From: Eledone cirrhosa
Lineage: Eukaryota
Direction: 5' to 3'
NCBI GenBank assembly: GCA_964016885.1
Contig: OZ024742.1
Location: 179,242,001 to 179,306,000 of the forward strand
DNA length: 64,000 nt
Position 1 is the stretch's first letter. Every line of letters starts with the position of its first letter. The position numbers and the translations under genes are program-made. The notes under the pieces are model-generated. The model saw nothing but the letters and a program-made list of their open reading frames with translations. It was not told the origin of the DNA and made no database searches. Below, piece by piece: positions 29,903 to 42,640 of this stretch.

Positions 29903-30310
29903 GTTGGCAGTATCGGTAGAGCGTCGGACAACATGCTTAGCAGCATAGAGTTACGGCCTTTTATGATCTGAGTTAAAATCCCGCCGAGGTTAACTTTGCC
30001 TTTCATCCTTACGGGGTCGATAAAATAAAGTACCAGTAATGCACTGGAATAATTGCTGGCCTTGTGCCAAAAGTAGAAACAATTATTTTATAGGCGGTGG
30101 ATTGGCAGTATCGGTAGAGGGTCGGACACAATGCTTTGACGCATAGAGTTACGGCCCTTGCCATTATGAGTTCAAATCCCGCTTTTTATGATCTGAGTTC
30201 AAATCCCGCCGAGGTTCACTTTGCCTTTCATCCTTACGGGGTCGATAAAATAAAGTACCAGTAATGCACTGGGATAATTACTGGCCTTGTGCCAAAAGTA
30301 GAAACAATTA
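29903..30310 (+). mobile_element. Two tandem SINE family 1 copies
   Basis: Full units; ATTATTTTTATAG duplicated around the second. Confidence 0.92.
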
Positions 30311-30384
30311 TTTTATAGACAGTGTGTGATTTGAGGGAGGTTTGACTGCTTTACTTTATAGTTCTACTGCGGGAGCCCCTGCAC

Positions 30385-30550
30385 GGACACACTAGACGAG
30401 GGAGACCGAAGTTAACATATGTTGATGCCCTAAGGACAGACACCGGTCTCTTGGAGACGCAGGACATGGCAGTAATGACAAGGGACAGAGACCGCTGGGG
30501 AGAACTCGTTCATGGATCTCGGGAATTTTACCTGCTCTAGATAGATAGAT
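30385..30550 (+). mobile_element. RTE-like LINE 3' tip with (AGAT)n tail
   Basis: GHTRRGRP.LTYVDAL...DR.RW; second copy at 46452-46620. Confidence 0.7.
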
Positions 30551-30659
30551 TGACTGCTTTTCCCTACAAGTCATTGGCTAAAGTTACAACTGTTGATTTT
30601 ATATTCACTACATTTCTTTACTACGTTTCACTTTTTCTCGTGACATTTGTGGGTCGTAG

Positions 30660-31030
30660 TGACACAGCAGGGTGGAGCAGTGTACTGCCCCATCTCCATC
30701 CATCTTTGTTACGATATAGGACTTGGGTTGTCGCGAAGTCTTTATCTCTCCACTCCATGATGTTATCCGCCCATTTTTTTCTTCTGATCTCCTTGCTTTC
30801 TTTTTTTTTTAACTGCTCCTTTGCGAGATAATCTTGTTCAATCGATCTTTATTTACAGTGGTTAACATGTTTTTATAGTTGCCCACATCTTGCCTGATTG
30901 CCGTAGCAAAGCATTCATTGCTTATGTCTTCCGCGTAGAAGACGGTCATGAATTTTCTGTAACATCCCATTTCAAAGTCAATATTTTTTCTGTAATTCCA
31001 CCGTGAGCGTCTACGTCTGGTGGGCATATA
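30660..31030 (-). mobile_element. RTE-like LINE 3' remnant
   Basis: FEMGCYRKFM...ISNE...LTTV..DRL peptide. Confidence 0.6.
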
Positions 31031-31214
31031 AAAAATTGGAGAATACTACAGCACACATGAGTTTCAGTTTAGCTTTGAGACTGATATACTGATCTCGCCA
31101 TATTTATCTTACTCTTGCTAATGGTGCTGATTCTGCTTTAGACGAACAGTTTGTCCTTAGTACGTCACCGAATTTAAGAGCATCACATGGTTCTTGGTTG
31201 CCTTTAGTGAAAGT

Positions 31215-31490
31215 GAAGGCGTGTGATTTTGTGGTTCGGGTGTTTTCGCCTGACGATTATAAGGTCGTGAGTACGATTCCTGGCGGTACGTTGTGTCATT
31301 GAGAAAAATTCTTTATTTCCCATCACTCAAGTAAAATCAATTGCAAGAATGGCCAGCTTTATCACACAGTCACACTCAATCACATTGGGATCTACGTTAA
31401 CGGTACATGTGTCTGTAGAATGTTAAACCACTTGTACGTTAATTTCACGAGCAAGTTGTTCTGTTGATTAAACAAGTGGAACACTTGTAC
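31215..31490 (+). mobile_element. tRNA-derived SINE family 2
   Basis: tRNA-like head; body homologous to 19730-19870. Confidence 0.65.
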
Positions 31491-32299
31491 ATCAGAGCGG
31501 ACAGCTGCCTAACACTATTGCAAACATTTATCCCAGGTCTCCAGTTTGAAGATATGTTCCTTTTCCCCTTAACTCTACCAACTTCGGAAGCCCTTGCTCT
31601 TCTCTCTCTGACTAAACAGTAAAAGTACGTATATTCTATTTTAGTTTCTTGTCGACAATATTCAAGATGCCAACAATGATAGGAGTAGCACTAAAGACAC
31701 TCCTTTATACCAAAATATAGAAGTAATCTTTGAATAAACGAAAACCAAATTCAAAATATAGCGATCTCAAACAAAACGACAAACAGAAAAATATGATAAT
31801 GAAACTAAGAAATGCAGTCGAAATCGTAGACACTTAAGATTTAATGTGTCAACAAGCAAATTTGCACAACATAAACAAAAGTAAGAACAACTACCCCAAA
31901 CACGTGTACATACACCAAGCAGAAAATAACGAAAAAGACGACAGTTATTAATTTTGCTTACGCTGCCAGTCATAGTGGTTTTGAGAACAACTTGTTCGGT
32001 GACAAGTACAACAACAATAACGACAACAATAACAATAACATTGACATTCAGACACAGGCACAAACATCGCCGAATGATAAATACACACATGGAGGCAACA
32101 GATTTGTTTAATTTGCCGCCGACATAGAAGAATGTGGATAGAATACAATCCTAAAAAAGTGGAGCAAAATATATATACGCCATATATACTCGTATAAATG
32201 TCGCTCCCATATAAAAATCGATCATATAAAAATTTGGCCAGAAATTTTAAATTTTTACAACAGATCGACATTTGTAAATCAAAATATTATCCTGAACTT

Positions 32300-34480
32300 A
32301 AATTTGAGAATGTGTAAAATCAGTGCTGCGAAAACTGAGACATTCATCCTCTCTAGGAAACGTGCAGTGCTTTCAACACGTGAATGGAGTTCCACTGAAG
32401 CAGGTGGAGAAGTTCAAGTATCTCTGGGCCGCATTCATGAGTGGTGGAAAGTAGTAGGCTGAATTATGTGCTAGAATTGGTGCAGTAATGCGCTAGCTTC
32501 AGCATTCGGTAATCTGAAGGAAGGAAGGTAGGTGTAAAAGCCAAACTCGCTATCTTCAATTCGGTATTCGAGCCATCCCTTACCTATACTCATGAATCTT
32601 GAGTATTGACAGAAAGAATTCAATAACGAATTCAATTCATAATATTGTCCTACCTCATTAACATAAAATTGTCTTACCTCATTAACATAATATTGTCCTA
32701 CCTCATTAACATAAAATTATCTTACCTCATTAACATAAAATTTCTTACCTCAGTAACATAATATTGTCCTAACTCATTAACATAATATTGCCTTACCTCA
32801 TTAACATAAAATTATCTTACCTCATCAACATAATATTGTCATACCTCATTAACATAGAATTGCCTTACCTCATTAACATAATATTGTCCTACCTCATTAA
32901 CATAATATTGCCTTACCTCATTAACATAAAATTATCTTACCTCATTAACATAATATTGTCATACCTCATTAACATAAAATTATCTTACCTCATTAACATA
33001 ATATTGTCATACTTCATTAACATAGAATTCTCTTACCTCATTAACATAACATGTCCTACCTCATTAACATAATATTGTCATACCTCATTAACATATAATT
33101 GTCTTACCTCATTAACATAATATTGTCATACCTCATTAACATATAATTGTCTTACCTCATTAACATAATATTGTCCTACCTCATTAACATAAAATTATCT
33201 TACCTCATTAACATAAAATTTCTTACCTCAGTAACATAATATTGTCCTAACTCATTAACATAATATTGCCTTACCTCATTAACATAAAATTATCTTACCT
33301 CATCAACATAATATTGTCATACCTCATTAACATAATATTGCCTTACCTCATTAACATAAAATTATCTTACCTCATTAACATAAAATTATTTTTCCTCATT
33401 AACACAATATTGTCATACCTCATTAACATAGAATTATCCTGCCTCATTAACATAAAATTATCTTTCCTCATTAACATAATATTGTCATACCTCATTAACA
33501 TAGAATTGTCTTACCTCATTAAAATAACATTGTCCTACCTCATTAACATAATATTGCCTTACCTCATTAACATAAAATTATCTTACCTCATTAACATAAA
33601 ATTATTTTTCCTCATTAACATAATATTGTCATGCCTCATTAACATAGAATTGTCTTACCTCATTAACATAACATTGTCCTACCTCATTAACCTAATATTG
33701 CCTTACCTCATTAACATAACATTATCTTACCTCATTAACATAATATTGTCATACCTCATTAACATAGAATTGTCTTAGCTCATTAACATAATATTGTCCT
33801 ACCTCATTAACATAAAATTATCTTACTTCATTAACATAACAATGTCCTACCTCATTAACATAACATTTTCTTACCTCATTAACATAATATTTTTTTACCT
33901 TATTAACATAACATTGTCCTGCCTCTTCACATTAAATTGTCCTACCTCTTTAACATAAAATTATCTTACCTCATTAATATAATATTGTCCAACCTTATTA
34001 ACATAATATTGTCCTACCTCATTAACATAAAATTGTCTTACCTCATTAATATAATATTCTCTAACCTCATAATATTGTCTAAGCAGCCAAAATGGCGTTT
34101 TTCCGGAGGATCCTTGGAGTAACGTTACTCGATGGAGTGCGTAGCTCGGAGATCAGGGAGTCATAACAGGTAGAGCTACTTCTCCAGATTGAGAGATCAC
34201 AGATCCGATATTATGAGCATGTGGTTAGAATGTCTCAAGAAAGAATCCCTGGCCATATTTTACGGGCAAAACCAATCGACAGGAGACCCAGGTGTAGGCC
34301 GCGAGCAAGATGGTTGGATAACATCCATGAGCTTGGCTGGTTTCGCTTGGGGATTCAGTGGGATCAGTTGGAGACGGTTGCTTCTGACAGGACCCACTGG
34401 AAGGATTGTTTGAGAACTCTGCATTCAGGACCCTCTCAAGAAGAAGAAGAAGAAGAAGAAGAAGAAGAAGAAGAAGAAGA
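32300..34480 (+). mobile_element. RTE-clade LINE 3' part, split by a minisatellite; (GAA)n tail
   Basis: QVEKFKYL...AKLAIFNSVF.P.LTY..E...RIQ (to 32635) resumes AAKMAFFRRILGVT...RMSQERIP...RPRCRPRARW (from 34083). Confidence 0.8.
32638..34080. repeat. 24-bp minisatellite, about 60 units (ACCTCATTAACATAATATTGTCCT)
   Basis: Direct observation; it gives the SYLINIIL pseudo-ORFs. Confidence 0.97.
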
Positions 34481-34617
34481 AATGTTAGTGTATTATTGCT
34501 CTGATGTCCACAAGTAGGCATATTTATAAAAACTCGAGCCCTTATTTATGTGTTTTGTTAGTGGGCAGTGTATTTTGATGCGCAGAAACACTGGTAGTAT
34601 TACTATAATTCAAAAGA

Positions 34618-34970
34618 GCGGGAGATTGACAGTATTTGTTCGTCTCTTTACGTTCTAAGTTCAAATCCCCCGGGGTCGATGAAATAAAGTACCAATAAAG
34701 CACTGGTTTCGATTTAATCCACTTAACCTTTCCTTACAAATTGCTGGCTCTGTGATAAAAGTAGAAACAGTTATTACTATAATTCAAGGCAGCTGATTGG
34801 AAAAATTGGTAGAGCGGCGGACAAAATATTTTCCGGCACATTACGTTCTAAGTTCAAATCCTGTCGATATTAACTTTGCCTTTCATCCTTCCGACGTCGA
34901 TAAAATAAAGTAACTGTTACATATTGGGGTTGATACAATCGACTTTCACATCATCACAAATTGATGGCCT
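34618..34970 (+). mobile_element. Two diverged tandem SINE family 1 relatives
   Basis: AGTTCAAATCC plus GTCGAT(G/A)AAATAAAGTA core; duplicated TATTACTATAATTCAA. Confidence 0.75.
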
Positions 34971-35828
34971 TATTGTTGTTGTTTGACGTCCAGCCACACG
35001 TTTAGAAGGCGAATCTTCCAAGATTACTTTATAAAAGACGGTTGTTTTTTATTTTTTATTTTTGCTTCAATTTAGCAAGGCTTCCTAATATTTGTAGTAT
35101 TTGAACATTCACCATATTATCCTCGAGTGGAAGAAAAACTTCGTCGAAACATTATTTTTAATCGTGTATATATGTTTGCACGATAAACATTTGTATCGCT
35201 ATTCCTAGTTCAAAATGGCCCCAAAGACAACAGGAAAAGACGCTCGCCACTGTGATAGTAGCAGTAGTCTCTATAACTTAAACAAACATGCCATTTACCC
35301 AATTATTTTCAAACGCGAAAAAAATTAAAAAACATGTGAAAATTAAAGAGACAGACGAAGCTTCAAGCATAAACATTTACAGTTGCACAATGAAAAATAC
35401 GAAAAAGAATAATGTTGGAAATATTGATTTAAATGGAAAACAAAAAGAAAACAAATATAGAATAAATACAATATACTGCATTGACAATACCACCCCCACC
35501 AACAACAATAACAACAATATTTTAACTGTTGCAAACGTTGTGGGTCATAAATAGCTCATGAGACAGCTCCAGGAAAGGAATGGTGTGTGGAGGTAGTGTA
35601 ACACGAAAGGCAGTGTTGCTTGTTTCGAGAAACATAGTAAAGAAAGAGTGAAGAAAAAGTAACATAACTCTGAATTGTTAATAACTGGAAAAGATTCCAT
35701 ATGTTCAATGTGAAATTGGAGAGAAATTTAGCCCACATATGACAAGATGTATGACCCTTCATGATTGTGCTTGGTCGTCAAGACAAGTATGAGGGGAAGA
35801 GATGGGCAGAAATCGTGCACCACACACC

Positions 35829-36270
35829 CAGAGCGGTGGAACTGGCAGCAGGACAGGAGGGCCATGGCCACTCCTATAATTTTATTTTTCTCCCCAAACT
35901 ACCAAAGCACACATCTATTTGTATATGCGCTACAATTTATGTACATATTATGTTTATCGCATATCGAGGTTTTTTTTTATACCTTTGTTGATATTTGATA
36001 ATATATTATGTTAACCCTCATGGTAAATATTTGCCTGGTCATAACTTTTTCTCCACATATCACTATTTGCTAATTGCTAGTATGTATACTCGGAGACAGA
36101 TTTCATGGGTCATTTTGCTATAATCACTTTATATTTATTGAAAGCTGTAAATGTAATACGACCTGCTTGGACTATAATTGCATTTTCTGACCGTTTCAGA
36201 GAGCAAAGCTTAACAAAATTGACCAAATTTAGCTCCTCCACCCAATTCAGAAATGCTTTCATCGCCCCTG
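35829..36270. mobile_element. MITE with CAG(G/A)GGCGGTGGAA-type TIRs (hAT-like)
   Basis: Ends CAGAGCGGTGGAA / TTTCATCGCCCCTG; homologous to 41846-42085. Confidence 0.7.
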
Positions 36271-36289
36271 TATATATATATAAGAGGGA

Positions 36290-36578
36290 TAAGTTGTGGT
36301 GTGCAGGAGAGAAGACTTGGATGGTATGGACATGTGATGCGCATGGAGGATGACCGCTGGGTAAAGAAGTGCTAAGAAATCCCAGTAGAAGGAAGACGCA
36401 GTAGCGGAAGACCACGAAAGACACGGATGGAGGTGGTGAGAGTAGACTTCAGATCGCTGAAACTCACGCAGGTGATGACGAAGGACCGTGACAAGTGGAG
36501 AGATGCTGTGCTAAATAGGACCCGTCCCACCCTTGCAAGCAGGGAAAAGGGACCTAAAATGATGATGATGATGATGAT
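36290..36578 (+). mobile_element. RTE-like LINE 3' end with (GAT)n tail
   Basis: RLGWYGHVMRMEDDRWVKKC...GRRSSGRPRKT...DRDKWR. Confidence 0.8.
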
Positions 36579-36603
36579 ATATATATATAGAGAGAGAGAG
36601 ATA

Positions 36604-36865
36604 TACTCTCGCATCCCAGATAGTAAGGGGAGAGGTGGAATAAGCGGGGGTGGGGGTGGAAATTGGGTTAAATTTTTATAAGTGGGGTGGTGGTGGTAAT
36701 TGTATAGTGTACGTTCGCAAAAATGGGATTTCTTGTAATGTTCTATGTTTGTCATATGTAATGTTTTTTAATGTAAAATAAAATTAATATTAGGATTCTC
36801 CAGTTGGTGTATCGATATGAATCACAATAAAATTTCGCAGGAGATAGATTAGAAAAATTGAATAA
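36604..36865 (+). mobile_element. Partial copy of the TACTCTC-ended MITE
   Basis: Colinear with 40876-41140. Confidence 0.7.
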
Positions 36866-37068
36866 GCTGTGGGTAATTGAGAGAGAGAGAGGGGGATTCG
36901 GCAAGATTGTTGTATGGTAGATATAGAGAGGGGGGTGAGTGTAGGGGTGATTGGTATAGAGAGGGGAATTAAGAGAGACAGTGTCGTGGTAGATATAAAG
37001 AGGCGGATAATTTACTGTTAATTGATATATAGAGAGGGGTTGGAAGAGAGTACCGTGTAGTAGATATA

Positions 37069-40000
37069 GATTTCTATTTATTTGCCACCAGGGCATCAAA
37101 GATTGGGACAAATACAAAGGGGGGAGTTTACATACATTTAAAAAGACGTGTAAAAAACATATAACAAATTAAATTTAACAATCGATGTCCTCAATAGGGA
37201 GGGGCGTTGACATGGGTCGCACACACCCCCGAAAAAATGTGCAACCCTCCTCTTCAGGAGCACAAAGAGCGGGTGCTTCCTTCCTCTTCTCATTCTTCTC
37301 CTCTCTCACCTACAGGCTGATATAGAGAGAAGGCCCATTCACTCGGGCCATTCTCGCTACTTTCACCCATCTTTCATAAAACTTGCTGGGGTAGAGCACC
37401 TCTCTCTCCATTCTGATCCTTCTTCTAAAGTGGTACTTGAAAAAAAAGACCAGTTGTTGGCCGGAGAGAAAGGTGTCTGACCTCAGCCCTTTCAACGTTG
37501 TCCACCATACAACTTCTTTCGCCATGGCTATCACACAGAGGAAAACCGCCTCTCCTTCGTTTTTGAAAGGGGGAGGCGGTTTGATCGTAACAATGTTCTC
37601 GGTGGTCAACCGGATTGGTCCCACCCGCGACAGTAGTCGTTCCACATAGCCCCACAGGTCAGCAACGCCCGGGCAGTGTATGAATACGTGTGTGACGGTT
37701 TCCTCGTCACGCACGCATCTTGGACAGATCTCCTTCGAGGGGTCCCTACCCGGGCGCCCGTGTCTGTAGAGCTTGTCTCGAACGGGTAGAGCTCCTCGGT
37801 AACATTGCCAAGCCAGGGACTTTTGGAAGTTGTCCATCGGTCCCGGGCCAAACGTCCTACCGAACAGACTGGCCAGCTCGTCTTCCTCCATGCCCAGAGC
37901 CTCTCCGAGAGCGTCGTCGCACTTACTGCGCACCAACCCTCTATAGAATGTTGAGGTTAAGTCTCCACTGATTGCCGGATCCGCTTGCCAGAGGGACGAG
38001 AGCGCCTGGGCACATTCAATGTGCCAGTCGCCCACTTTTCCCGGTCTTTGCTTGACCCAGGATTGCAGATCGGTGAGTGAGACGAGTCTCCGAAAGGCTC
38101 GCCTCACAAACAGGGCCCACACCGGCTGACCGGTGAGGAATACCTGGAGGTGCCGTAGCCTTAATGCGTGTCTACGCATCGTCAGCCACGGCATCCCCAG
38201 CCCTCCGTTCGAAGGGTGTTGACAGCAGATGGATCTTCTCACCAAAGGAGCCCGCTTCTTCCAAAGAAATCGGAAGAGCGCGCGCTCCATTTTGGCGAGT
38301 GTTTTCTCTGGGCAAGGCACGATGGTCAAGCAGTAGTAGATGACGGACGTTATATAAGTGTTCGCCACCTCCGCTCGACCTATCAGGGATAGTTTGCACT
38401 CGGCCCACTTCTGGGCGAGTGCAAACACCTTGCCCGTTACCTCGTCCCAGTTTTTCTCCACCTGGAGGTCCGGTCCAAACCAGACCCCGAGCAGCTTCAC
38501 CAGTTCCTCCGTCCAGCGTCCGACGATGCCGTCGGAGGGCATCGTTTTGCCCCTCCACGTCCCGAGTTGCAAACCGACGGACTTGTCCCGGTTCAGCTTG
38601 GCTCCTGTGAACCTTTCATATTCGTCCAGTAAGGTGCCGATCTGCCCGATTTCCGAGGCGCACGACACCATTACTGTCACGTCATCGGCGTAGGCCGACA
38701 CCGCTTTCCGCAATCCCGGTTCCAAGGGGATGCCCTGCAACAGCTCCAGCTTCCGCAGTAGTGGCTCGAGAGCTAGCACATACAGGAGGGAGGAGAGACG
38801 GCATCCCTGTCGGATGGATCGCGTGATTTGGAACGGCTCCGAGAGGTAGCCGTTCACCTTGACCCTCGAGCAGGTGTTGCTGCTGTGCATTGCAGCAATC
38901 CAGCCCCTGAAAACGGGTCCGAAGCCTGCCGCCGCGAGCACCGCATCCAGGTACCGATGGCCAACCCTATCGAACGCCTTAGATTGATCCAAATTGATCA
39001 GGGCCCCATCAAAGCCGGGTTCGTTCCCTACCCTCTCTACGATGTATCGCATGAGGTGGAGGTTGTCGTGTATGGACCTGGATGGGATTGCGCATGTCTG
39101 CGCTTCTCCCACCAGGTTTCCGACGACAAGCGCCAACCTCTTCGCTAACACCTTGGCCAAAATCTTTAACTCTGTGTTTAGCAGAGTCATGGGCCTGAAG
39201 TTATCTATGTCATCCCCCTTGTTCTCGTCCTTCCTCACCAACGTGACTACGCCCTTGGTCACAGAACTGGGAATTCTCCCATTCTGTTGCCAGTTGCAGT
39301 AGACCGCCTCGAGGAGACCGGAGAACAAGCCCGGCATCGCTACATAAAGTTCGTATGGTAGACCATCGAGACCCGGAGATTTGCGTTTGCCGCATTGGCT
39401 CAGCGCTTCCACTATTTCAGCAGCTGAAATCGGCCTCTCGCAGGACTTCGCCTCCCCGTCCGAGAGCCGCGCCAGACCGTCGAGGTATGGACCGAAATCC
39501 ATGGCCCCACCCGGCCCGCCGCCCCTCCCGAACAGTCGTGCAAAGCGCCGTTGAAAGGCTGCGCTCATCCGCTCAGGTTCAAGGATCACGCGTCCATCCT
39601 GGTCCTTCAAAGACCGAAACGTGGACTTGTTTCCACTTTTTGCCTCTGTCACTCGGGCCCAGCTAACAGCTTTGGCTCCTTCGTTACCCAGAGCACGTAT
39701 TTTACTCCTGACAACGTAGCCCTCGTGCTTCGCATAAAAAAACTGGTCTAGAGCCGTACTTGACGCCAGCACGCCGCCCACGTTGCCACTCCTAATCGCC
39801 TCTTCTACTCTATTTGTTAATTCCCTTTCAGTTCTATTCCTATCTGATGCTAATTCCCGACTAAAACCTATCGATTCTATTCTAATTTCTCTCTTGAGAG
39901 AGCTTAATATGTCCCTATCCTTATTTCTAACTAGGAACCTATCTAGGTACGACCTAGATGTTCCGCTGCGATTACTCCACGTCCACCGTGGCACAGTCGG

Positions 40001-40258
40001 AAAATCTAATCGATATCTATCGGCCAGATCAATCGGCCGATTAATCGTTTGAGGCTGTTACACCCCCCTCTATCGGGACATGCCCCTACATAGTCCCAAC
40101 GTGCATCCAGGATACCATTCCAGTCCCCCACTAAAAGCAAGGAGCGAGACGTTCCCAGGAAATTCTCCAGGCGTCGGAAGAAGTCCGGTCGCGGTGTCCC
40201 AGATGGGGCATACGCTGCCACCAGCCTGAAAGCTCCACCTTCACCACTGCCGACGTCT
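37069..40258 (-). mobile_element. Tx1/L1-clade LINE, 5'-truncated, second subfamily
   Basis: Partial APE (LLVGDWN, WTW, SYLDR), RT and zinc knuckle; inserted in a degenerate TAGATATAGAGAGGGG repeat (36870-37068 and 40260-40600). Confidence 0.95.
37310..39994 (-). CDS. LINE ORF2 reading frame (894 aa; RT plus zf-RVT; endonuclease end deleted)
   Basis: KSPGLDG, DQSKAFDRV, RQGCRLS, AYADDV, GGLG, CPRC...H.FIHC; in-frame deletion at DILSS|LKREIR relative to the 10-14 kb copy, so probably non-functional. Confidence 0.85.
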   Translation of the reverse strand: MPRWTWSNRSGTSRSYLDRFLVRNKDRDILSSLKREIRIESIGFSRELASDRNRTERELTNRVEEAIRSGNVGGVLASSTALDQFFYAKHEGYVVRSKIRALGNEGAKAVSWARVTEAKSGNKSTFRSLKDQDGRVILEPERMSAAFQRRFARLFGRGGGPGGAMDFGPYLDGLARLSDGEAKSCERPISAAEIVEALSQCGKRKSPGLDGLPYELYVAMPGLFSGLLEAVYCNWQQNGRIPSSVTKGVVTLVRKDENKGDDIDNFRPMTLLNTELKILAKVLAKRLALVVGNLVGEAQTCAIPSRSIHDNLHLMRYIVERVGNEPGFDGALINLDQSKAFDRVGHRYLDAVLAAAGFGPVFRGWIAAMHSSNTCSRVKVNGYLSEPFQITRSIRQGCRLSSLLYVLALEPLLRKLELLQGIPLEPGLRKAVSAYADDVTVMVSCASEIGQIGTLLDEYERFTGAKLNRDKSVGLQLGTWRGKTMPSDGIVGRWTEELVKLLGVWFGPDLQVEKNWDEVTGKVFALAQKWAECKLSLIGRAEVANTYITSVIYYCLTIVPCPEKTLAKMERALFRFLWKKRAPLVRRSICCQHPSNGGLGMPWLTMRRHALRLRHLQVFLTGQPVWALFVRRAFRRLVSLTDLQSWVKQRPGKVGDWHIECAQALSSLWQADPAISGDLTSTFYRGLVRSKCDDALGEALGMEEDELASLFGRTFGPGPMDNFQKSLAWQCYRGALPVRDKLYRHGRPGRDPSKEICPRCVRDEETVTHVFIHCPGVADLWGYVERLLSRVGPIRLTTENIVTIKPPPPFKNEGEAVFLCVIAMAKEVVWWTTLKGLRSDTFLSGQQLVFFFKYHFRRRIRMEREVLYPSKFYERWVKVARMARVNGPSLYISL

Positions 40259-40875
40259 AGGTGGTAATTGATATAGCGAGAAGGACGCAAGATGGGAATT
40301 GGGAGAGTGATTTGTATGTTAGATATAGAGAGGGGGAGAATTTGGTGGTTGTAGATACAGAGAGAGCGATAATGGGAGAGTGTCGTATAGTAGATATAGT
40401 GAGGGGGAGACGTTAGGGGTGATTGATATAGAGAGGGGAATTGGGAGAGATATGTAAGGTTATTTATAGAGAGTGACAGAATGTATTAGTGTTAGCTATA
40501 TAGAGGGGACTAAGAGTGAAAGTGTAGTGGTAGATACAGAGAGGGGGAAAGTTTCATGGTAGTAGATATAGAGAGGGGGATGAAAAGATAGTTTTGTGTG
40601 ATATATTTTAGTTGTTTTTCTACATCTATGTGTTACAGTATTATATAAATTTTACCATTTACACGACATGTTTAACTTGAATCTATTAAGTTAGATAGAT
40701 GAGAAAGAATCATTCTCTCTTATATACACATATATACACCAGGTCCGAACATAAAAGATCCAAACTCCCATTGTCAATGCCTCCGTCCTCCCGCTCTACT
40801 CATCTTTCACTTTTGTGAGCAAATGGGGGCCCACGCACTTGGCCGCCCCGCGACTGCGTGAGGAGAGTTTGGTGG

Positions 40876-41231
40876 TACTCTCGGGTCCCAAATAATGGGT
40901 GGGGGTGAAATAAGCGGGTGGGTGTGTGGACATATGCTTACATTCTTATAAACGGGGTGGGGGGTATCGGTAATTGTATAGTGCACGCTCGTAAATATGG
41001 GATTTCGTGTAATGTTCATTTTTTTGTCATGCATAATGTTTTTTATTGTAAAATAAAATAATTATTAGATTCTCCAGCTGCTGTAACGATATGAATCACT
41101 TACAATAAAATTTCGCCAGAGGTAGATTAGCAAAATTTACTAACAGGTGGGGAGGAATAAAAACGGTGAGGTTAGAAACAATCTGAACAATTAATCAGCG
41201 GGCGGGGACGATTATTCAAGACCTGAGAGTA
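40876..41231. mobile_element. MITE with TA-bounded TIRs (Tc1/mariner-like)
   Basis: TACTCTCGGGTCCCAAATAAT ... ATTATTCAAGACCTGAGAGTA. Confidence 0.75.
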
Positions 41232-41289
41232 CGTGAATTATTGATGGACGCAAGAATGAAAACTCAATACCGAAGTCGAGTTCAAATAT

Positions 41290-41435
41290 TCATTTATTAT
41301 GGCTAAGTGATGTGCCTTGTTAAGCTGGAGGTTCACCTGCGTACTCATAGGATCATCAGACAAGACTGGTGATCCTGTGAGTGCGCAGGTGAGACGTTAG
41401 ACTAATAAAGCTAACCAATAGCCATAATATAAATA
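41290..41435. mobile_element. Fold-back mini-element with degenerate hammerhead
   Basis: Hairpin about 41333-41392; minus strand CTTGT-CTGATGA-TCCT..CAGGT-GAAc...TA-ACAAG (41316-41364). Confidence 0.6.
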
Positions 41436-41542
41436 TATATATAGGAGATGAATAAATTGGGTATAATACCAGTTTCTTACCAAATGTAAAAAAGCTCGAT
41501 ATATAAACGCCTTAGGAAAGGATACAGAGCATAAATCTTTTT

Positions 41543-41606
<64 letters not shown>

Positions 41607-41610
<4 letters not shown>

Positions 41611-41801
41611 AACGAGTAGGACCCCGACGGCTGAGCTCAAGGCGTTTCGACGGCTAATTCTGAGTCCAGAATTAGCCGTCGAAACAGCTTGAGCTCAGCC
41701 GTCGGGGTCCTACTCGTTCCTATTACCCACTCTACTACCCTAAGTATTGAGTACTTTGGTGCGTTATGGTCCACCTGGTTCCTTACCACATTTCCTTCGT
41801 T
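41607..41801 (+). mobile_element. Fold-back mini-element family C
   Basis: Arms 41607-41662 and 41667-41722, then an 80-nt tail into (TA)n. Confidence 0.88.
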
Positions 41802-41845
41802 ATATATATATATAATTCTAACAGATTTATATACATATATATATA

Positions 41846-42085
41846 CAGGGGCGTGGAACTGGGGGAAGACTGAGTGGCAATGCCCTCCCATAATTATATT
41901 TTTCTCCCTAAACTACCAAAACACACATGTATTTATATGTGCGGTTCAATTTATATACATGTTTTGTTTATCACATATCGAAATTTTCTGTCCATTTTAT
42001 AGTGCAAACAGCTAAAATAACCACTACAACGAAATTGACCAAATTTGGCCCCACTCCCAATTCAGAAATGCTTCCACCGCCTCTG
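41846..42085. mobile_element. MITE (hAT-like), shorter relative of 35829-36270
   Basis: CAGGGGCGTGGAA ... TTCCACCGCCTCTG. Confidence 0.7.
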
Positions 42086-42342
42086 ACACCTGCCCAGAAA
42101 TTAAAGTCACTACAGAGAAAACTGTTCATAGTACTGTAGTTAAATCTTCGTTTTATTGTCACTTTTACGACAGTACGAGCAGGTGATGAACACGGAGGTG
42201 ACCTGCAAAACTACGTGGTCGAGTGGAATACATAAGAATCATTAGGATCTATTGGAATTTGAAGACAACAGGGATAGGACGGAGTTATACGGTATTGAAG
42301 TATCGAACGAAAAGGCGATTAATCTGACAGCTGACGGAACAG

Positions 42343-42391
42343 AACGGCAGATGCTAATGTTTCTGGGTGATAACCCTTCATCAGTACTGTA
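42343..42391 (-). ncRNA. Degenerate type I hammerhead motif
   Basis: ACAGTA-CTGATGA-A-GGGT-TATC-ACCC-A-GAAA-CATTAGCA-TC-TGCCGT. Confidence 0.55.
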
Positions 42392-42505
42392 TACTGCTTA
42401 CCTGCCAACTGTATATATTTTCTGAAATATACAGTAACTGATCGGCCTGATATGCATATTAGTAGACCCACTGATCAGCTAGATTTTCATATATATATGT
42501 GTTTA

Positions 42506-42617
<112 letters not shown>

Positions 42618-42640
42618 CATGTGTGTGCGTGTGCGTGTTT

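Noticed and set aside
32638-34080. CRISPR-like array or SYLINIIL repeat protein
   Set aside because: Units are contiguous with no unique spacers, frames break repeatedly, and the context is eukaryotic.
35200-35560. K/N-rich 88-aa ORF as a host exon
   Set aside because: Low complexity, no recognisable domain, no splice evidence.
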